A DNA stretch of 64,000 bases, taken from positions 224,001 to 288,000 of the forward strand of contig CAWGJT010000014.1 of the NCBI GenBank assembly GCA_963822965.1. Direction: 5' to 3'. Made by a program: the position numbers and the translations under genes. Position 1 is the first letter of the stretch. Every line of letters begins with the position of its first letter. Source of the DNA: an uncultured delta proteobacterium (GTDB lineage Bacteria > Myxococcota_A > UBA9160 > UBA4427). This document shows positions 60,271 to 64,000 of the stretch, one piece after another. The notes beneath the pieces are model-generated. The model worked only from the letters and a program-made list of their open reading frames with translations, was not told the DNA's origin and ran no database searches.

Positions 60271-62102
60271 TCCGGTCGCCGCTGGCCGTCGCGACGCTGT
60301 GGGGGCTCGTCTCGCTCGCCGCGTCCGGCGCGGGCGTTGCGGCTCCACCCGAAGCCTCCGTTACGGCCGAGACCTTCGACTACTTCTACGTCGAGGCCAA
60401 CGAGGGGGGCTCGGCCGGCGGCCACGCGGCCGTCCGCTTCGACGAGCACACGTACCACTTCCAGTATGCCCCGACCGGTCTGCTGGAGATGGCGCGTACA
60501 CCCACCTCGGACTTCCTGCAGGAGTACGCGCTGCTCTCCAACCGGTCCGTCCACGTCACGCGCGTGGCGGTGGACCCGGAGACCCGCGAGGCCATCCGCA
60601 GGGCCTTCGATCGTCGCTACTGGAGCCAGCAGCAGGAGCTGCACCACCTGGCGTTGCTCGAGCGGGTCCGGCAGTGGGTCGTCGAAGGATCGGTTCGGGC
60701 GCCGGTGGCCGGGGCGGGCTACTTCGACCCGGACGAGCCCTCGCCCGGGACTCGGCGTCTGCGCCAGCGGATCGAAGCGCGCTACGGAGGCGATGCCCTG
60801 GCTCGACGCGCGCAGGACGCGCGGGGGCAGGCGGGGCGGGACGCGGAGGCGATGGCCCCCGACCTGCCCGAGAGCCTCGAGGCCGCGACGGCGGCGCTCG
60901 CAGCCGTCGAGATCCTGCGAACGGGACGGGGCCTCGAGCAGGGTTGGCTCGTCGCGGACGGCGACGGGCGATCGGCGCTGAGCGAGGGCGAGCGAGACCG
61001 GCTGGCGGCGATCCGCGCCTCGTTGGAAGAGCGTCTGGTGGAGCTCTTCGCATCGCGCCGGCCCGACTGGGGAACGCCCTTCCTGGTCGGGGTCGCGCGC
61101 CTGCTCGCCCTCGACGCTTCGCTCGAACGGGGGCGGCTCGTCTTCCTGGACACCTTCCCGAGCGACGCGCCGACCGTCACGCCGCGCGGCGAACGCTGGC
61201 AGCAGGTCGGCCCGCGACTGCTCGATGAAGCCGGGCAGCGATTCGACTCGGCGAAGCAGGTCGTGCTCGCCCGGGACCGCTACCGCGAGCTCCACTTCGC
61301 GGCACTCGAGGCGGCTGCCAACCAGCTGGCCGACATGCGCGGCGGTGTCGAGCGGGGAGAGCCCATCCGAATGACGCGGGGACGGCTCTTGCCGCAACGC
61401 GCGGCGCTCGGCCCGGCTCTCGAGAACGTCCGGACGGAGCGCCTGTCGAGCGCGCTCCGTCTCGCCCACGCCACCGCTCGCGAAGCCCTCGAAGAACGCA
61501 ATCGCTACCACGTCATCGGCCGCAACTGTGTCTCGGCCATCTTCGAGACGATCGACACCGCCCTGGCCGGCCTGGCGGGCAGCGACTCCCCGGCGGCGGT
61601 CCGTGCCGAGTCGATCCGCCGTCTGGGTGGCTCCGTGGAGCCTGGCGATTCGCTGGCCTTCATTCCCTTCGTGTCCTCGCGACAGGTCCGCTCGCGCTAC
61701 CGCGTCGTCGATTCCTTCGTCCTGCTCTCCGATCGCAAGGCCCGATTGCAGGAGATGCGTCGCGACGAGCCCGACGTGTGGGTCGCTCTGCGCGAGTCGA
61801 ACGTGCTCACGTCCACCATCTACGAGCGGAGCCGGGAGGACTCGCTATTCCTCTTCTTCACCGAGGATCCCGTGGTCGCGCGGCCGATCCAGGGCGCGCT
61901 GAACCTGGCGGTGGGTGTGGGTGGGAGCGCCGCCGGCCTCTTGTGGGCGCCCTTCGATCGGGGCGAGCTGCTCCTCGACGGTCTCCGCGGCGTGCTGGCC
62001 AGCGTCCCCGAGCTCTTCTTCGTGAACATCCGAAAGGGCTCCAACGACTACGTGCTGACCGGGTCCGAGCGCGAGAGGCTGCCCGGCGACCGCGCCTTCT
62101 GA
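60267..62102 (+). CDS. Large exported hypothetical protein with GH...YxxxxxNC motif
   Basis: GTGA overlap with the lipoprotein; signal peptide; 'GGHAAVRF' (H53) and 'YHVIGRNC' (C421); hydrophobic C-terminal hairpin. Confidence 0.8.
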   Translation: MIRSPLAVATLWGLVSLAASGAGVAAPPEASVTAETFDYFYVEANEGGSAGGHAAVRFDEHTYHFQYAPTGLLEMARTPTSDFLQEYALLSNRSVHVTRVAVDPETREAIRRAFDRRYWSQQQELHHLALLERVRQWVVEGSVRAPVAGAGYFDPDEPSPGTRRLRQRIEARYGGDALARRAQDARGQAGRDAEAMAPDLPESLEAATAALAAVEILRTGRGLEQGWLVADGDGRSALSEGERDRLAAIRASLEERLVELFASRRPDWGTPFLVGVARLLALDASLERGRLVFLDTFPSDAPTVTPRGERWQQVGPRLLDEAGQRFDSAKQVVLARDRYRELHFAALEAAANQLADMRGGVERGEPIRMTRGRLLPQRAALGPALENVRTERLSSALRLAHATAREALEERNRYHVIGRNCVSAIFETIDTALAGLAGSDSPAAVRAESIRRLGGSVEPGDSLAFIPFVSSRQVRSRYRVVDSFVLLSDRKARLQEMRRDEPDVWVALRESNVLTSTIYERSREDSLFLFFTEDPVVARPIQGALNLAVGVGGSAAGLLWAPFDRGELLLDGLRGVLASVPELFFVNIRKGSNDYVLTGSERERLPGDRAF

Positions 62103-62201
62103 GTCCGCGGCCGAGCCCCGCCTCGTCGATCTCGGGCTCGTCCGGATGGGCGGGGCGCTGCACTTCGCCGTAGAGTTTCCGTCGACCGGAGGGTCAGCCA
62201 G

Positions 62202-63185
62202 ATGGACACCAAGGGCGCGCAGCGCGACGAGTCGGGCCGCTCGGAGTCGGGACGGGACGCCGGGGTCCTCGCGCACTGGATGGAGCCCGTCGTCGGCGCC
62301 CTCGACCACGCGGCGGCGGCCGAGATCCAGCGGGATCCCTTCCGGCGCGATCCGCGAGCCGTGCGGGAATGGCTCCCGTACTTCCAGGCCCAGGCGCGCT
62401 ACTTCGGCAGCGAGATCCGCGGCTGGGAGAACCTGCCCGCGCAGGGTCCCTTCCTGGTGGTCGCCAACCACTCGGGCGGGGCCCAGACCAGCGACTCGGC
62501 TGCCTTCCTCGCGCGCTGGATCGAAGAGCGCGGCGCCGAGGCGCCGATCTACTCGCTCGCCTATGACCTGCTCTTCGCCTACCCGGTGGTGGGACGGCTG
62601 CTGCCCCGGCTCGGCGTCGTGCCCGCCAACCCCGAGAACGCGCGAAAGGCCCTCGCCATGGGTGCGCCGGTCCTCGTCTTCCCGGGCGGGGACGAGGAGG
62701 TCTTCCGTCCCTGGACCGAACGCAACAAGATCCAGTTCGGCGCACACCGGGGCTTCCTCGCGCTTGCCCTCGAAGTGGGGGTTCCCGTCGTGCCGTTGAC
62801 CATCCACGGGGCTCACGAGTCGACCTTCGTGCTGACGCGCGGGCGCCGCATCGCGCGTGCCATGTCCCTGGGACGTCTCCGCGTGAAGGTCTTCCCCTGG
62901 ATCTGGAACATTCCCTTCGGGCCCGCCCCGGCCTTCGTTCCCTCGCTCCCCCTTCCCGCGAAGGTCACCGTCCAGATCGGCGAGCCCCTCGACTGGTCGG
63001 GCCACGGCCCGGAGAAGGCCCACGACCCCGAGGTACTCCGGCGCTGCTACGACGAGGTCACGGGCGTGATGCAGCGGACCCTCGACGCCCTGGCCCGGGA
63101 GCACCCCTATCCTGTGCTGACGCGACTCAACGAGCTGCGCCCGATCCACGTCCTGCGGCGCCTCCTGGCGCGAGAGCGGGACTGA
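62202..63185 (+). CDS. Lysophospholipid acyltransferase family protein
   Basis: 'VANHSGG...D', 'VFPGG', 'GFLALAL', 'PVVP', 'IGEP'. Confidence 0.9.
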   Translation: MDTKGAQRDESGRSESGRDAGVLAHWMEPVVGALDHAAAAEIQRDPFRRDPRAVREWLPYFQAQARYFGSEIRGWENLPAQGPFLVVANHSGGAQTSDSAAFLARWIEERGAEAPIYSLAYDLLFAYPVVGRLLPRLGVVPANPENARKALAMGAPVLVFPGGDEEVFRPWTERNKIQFGAHRGFLALALEVGVPVVPLTIHGAHESTFVLTRGRRIARAMSLGRLRVKVFPWIWNIPFGPAPAFVPSLPLPAKVTVQIGEPLDWSGHGPEKAHDPEVLRRCYDEVTGVMQRTLDALAREHPYPVLTRLNELRPIHVLRRLLARERD

Positions 63186-63238
63186 CCCGCCGGCCCGAGT
63201 CTCGGCCGCCCACCCAACACCCACCTGGAGAATCAGCC

Positions 63239-64000
63239 TTGGCCCGAAGAGTCCTTCGCACTCCCCTCTGTGACCTGCTCGGCATCGAGTACCCCATCCT
63301 GAGCGCGGGCATGGGCCCGAGCCTCATCGGCGAGACCACCGGCGCCCCGGTGGACCTCGTCGTCGCCGTCTCGGAGGCGGGCGGTCTCGGTGTGCTGGGC
63401 GGCGCCGGCTACACGGTGGACGGGCTGCGCGAGGCGATCCGCGAGATCCGCGGGCGCACCGACAAGCCCTTCGGCGTGGACGTGCTGCTGCCGGCCGCCA
63501 TCGTGAACGCTGGCGACCAGCCGGATCGGGGCGACGCCAGGATTCCCCTGCGCGAAGCCATCAAGTCCCTGCCGAAGGCCCACTACGAGTGGCTGATGAA
63601 GGTGAAGCGGGAGCTGGACCTGCCGGATACCGAGGCGTCCGTGGCCGGTGGCACGACCACCACGCGCCCGCACGCGGCCGTGGCCGTCTGCATCGAGGAG
63701 CAGGTGCCGCTCTTCTGCGCCGGCCTCGGCGACCCGGGCTTCATGGTGAAGGCCGCGCACGGGGTCGGCATGAAGGTGCTGGGCATCGCGGGCAACGCGA
63801 AGAACGCGGGTCGCATCGCACGCTCGGGCGCCGACCTGGTGGTCGCCCAGGGACACGAGGGCGGCGGCCACACCGGCCGCGTCGGCTCGCTGGCGCTGTG
63901 GCCCCAGGCCATCGACGCCGCCGCCCCGACGCCCGTGCTCGCCGCCGGGGGCGTCGGCGACGGCCGGGGCGTGGCGGCCGCCCTGGCGATGGGGTGTCTC
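63239..64000 (+). CDS. Nitronate monooxygenase/FabK-like FMN enzyme (partial, runs off the window)
   Basis: TTG start, 'LRTPLCDLLGIEYPILSAGMG', 'AQGHEGGGHTG', 'AAGGVGDGRG'; absent from the ORF track because there is no stop. Confidence 0.9.
   Translation, partial: MARRVLRTPLCDLLGIEYPILSAGMGPSLIGETTGAPVDLVVAVSEAGGLGVLGGAGYTVDGLREAIREIRGRTDKPFGVDVLLPAAIVNAGDQPDRGDARIPLREAIKSLPKAHYEWLMKVKRELDLPDTEASVAGGTTTTRPHAAVAVCIEEQVPLFCAGLGDPGFMVKAAHGVGMKVLGIAGNAKNAGRIARSGADLVVAQGHEGGGHTGRVGSLALWPQAIDAAAPTPVLAAGGVGDGRGVAAALAMGCL

Overview
Very GC-rich, gene-dense bacterial chromosomal segment with about 60 protein genes. I saw no rRNA, tRNA, CRISPR array, integrase or transposase. The gene mix (hopanoid hpnA/hpnO-like genes, F420-type LLM, many acyl-CoA dehydrogenases, P450s, multiheme cytochromes, lipoproteins) suggests a diderm of the Myxococcota/'deltaproteobacterial' type; this is inference only. 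Main blocks: TetR-EmrAB efflux (0.1-3.4 kb); hpnO-hpnA-PEBP-flavoprotein (3.4-7.6 kb); beta-CASP nuclease; a TetR/DUF2855 pair flanked by two gene remnants; a cyt c-Rieske-cyt b-11-heme cytochrome-NapC-like respiratory cluster (14.1-19.0 kb); acoABC-like dehydrogenase; an Atu-like (branched acyl-CoA/terpene) catabolic cluster with an F420-type enzyme (24.5-38.2 kb); a variant cNOR operon with a di-heme NorC and a Lys at a Ca2+-ligand position (39.4-44.9 kb), followed by an L7Ae-like orphan; secreted SurE; P450s; YfhO; an ABC1 kinase; Mut7-C RNase; and a Ser-repeat lipoprotein coupled to a large exported protein with a split His...Asn-Cys papain-like motif (59.8-62.1 kb). Several patches (about 6.86, 24.2-30.6, 34.8-36.7, 53.5-53.6 and 56.0-58.2 kb) carry frameshifts, mostly +1 where I could resolve them. 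These look like long-read consensus errors, so gene ends there are approximate. All family calls come from motif recognition by eye, not database searches.
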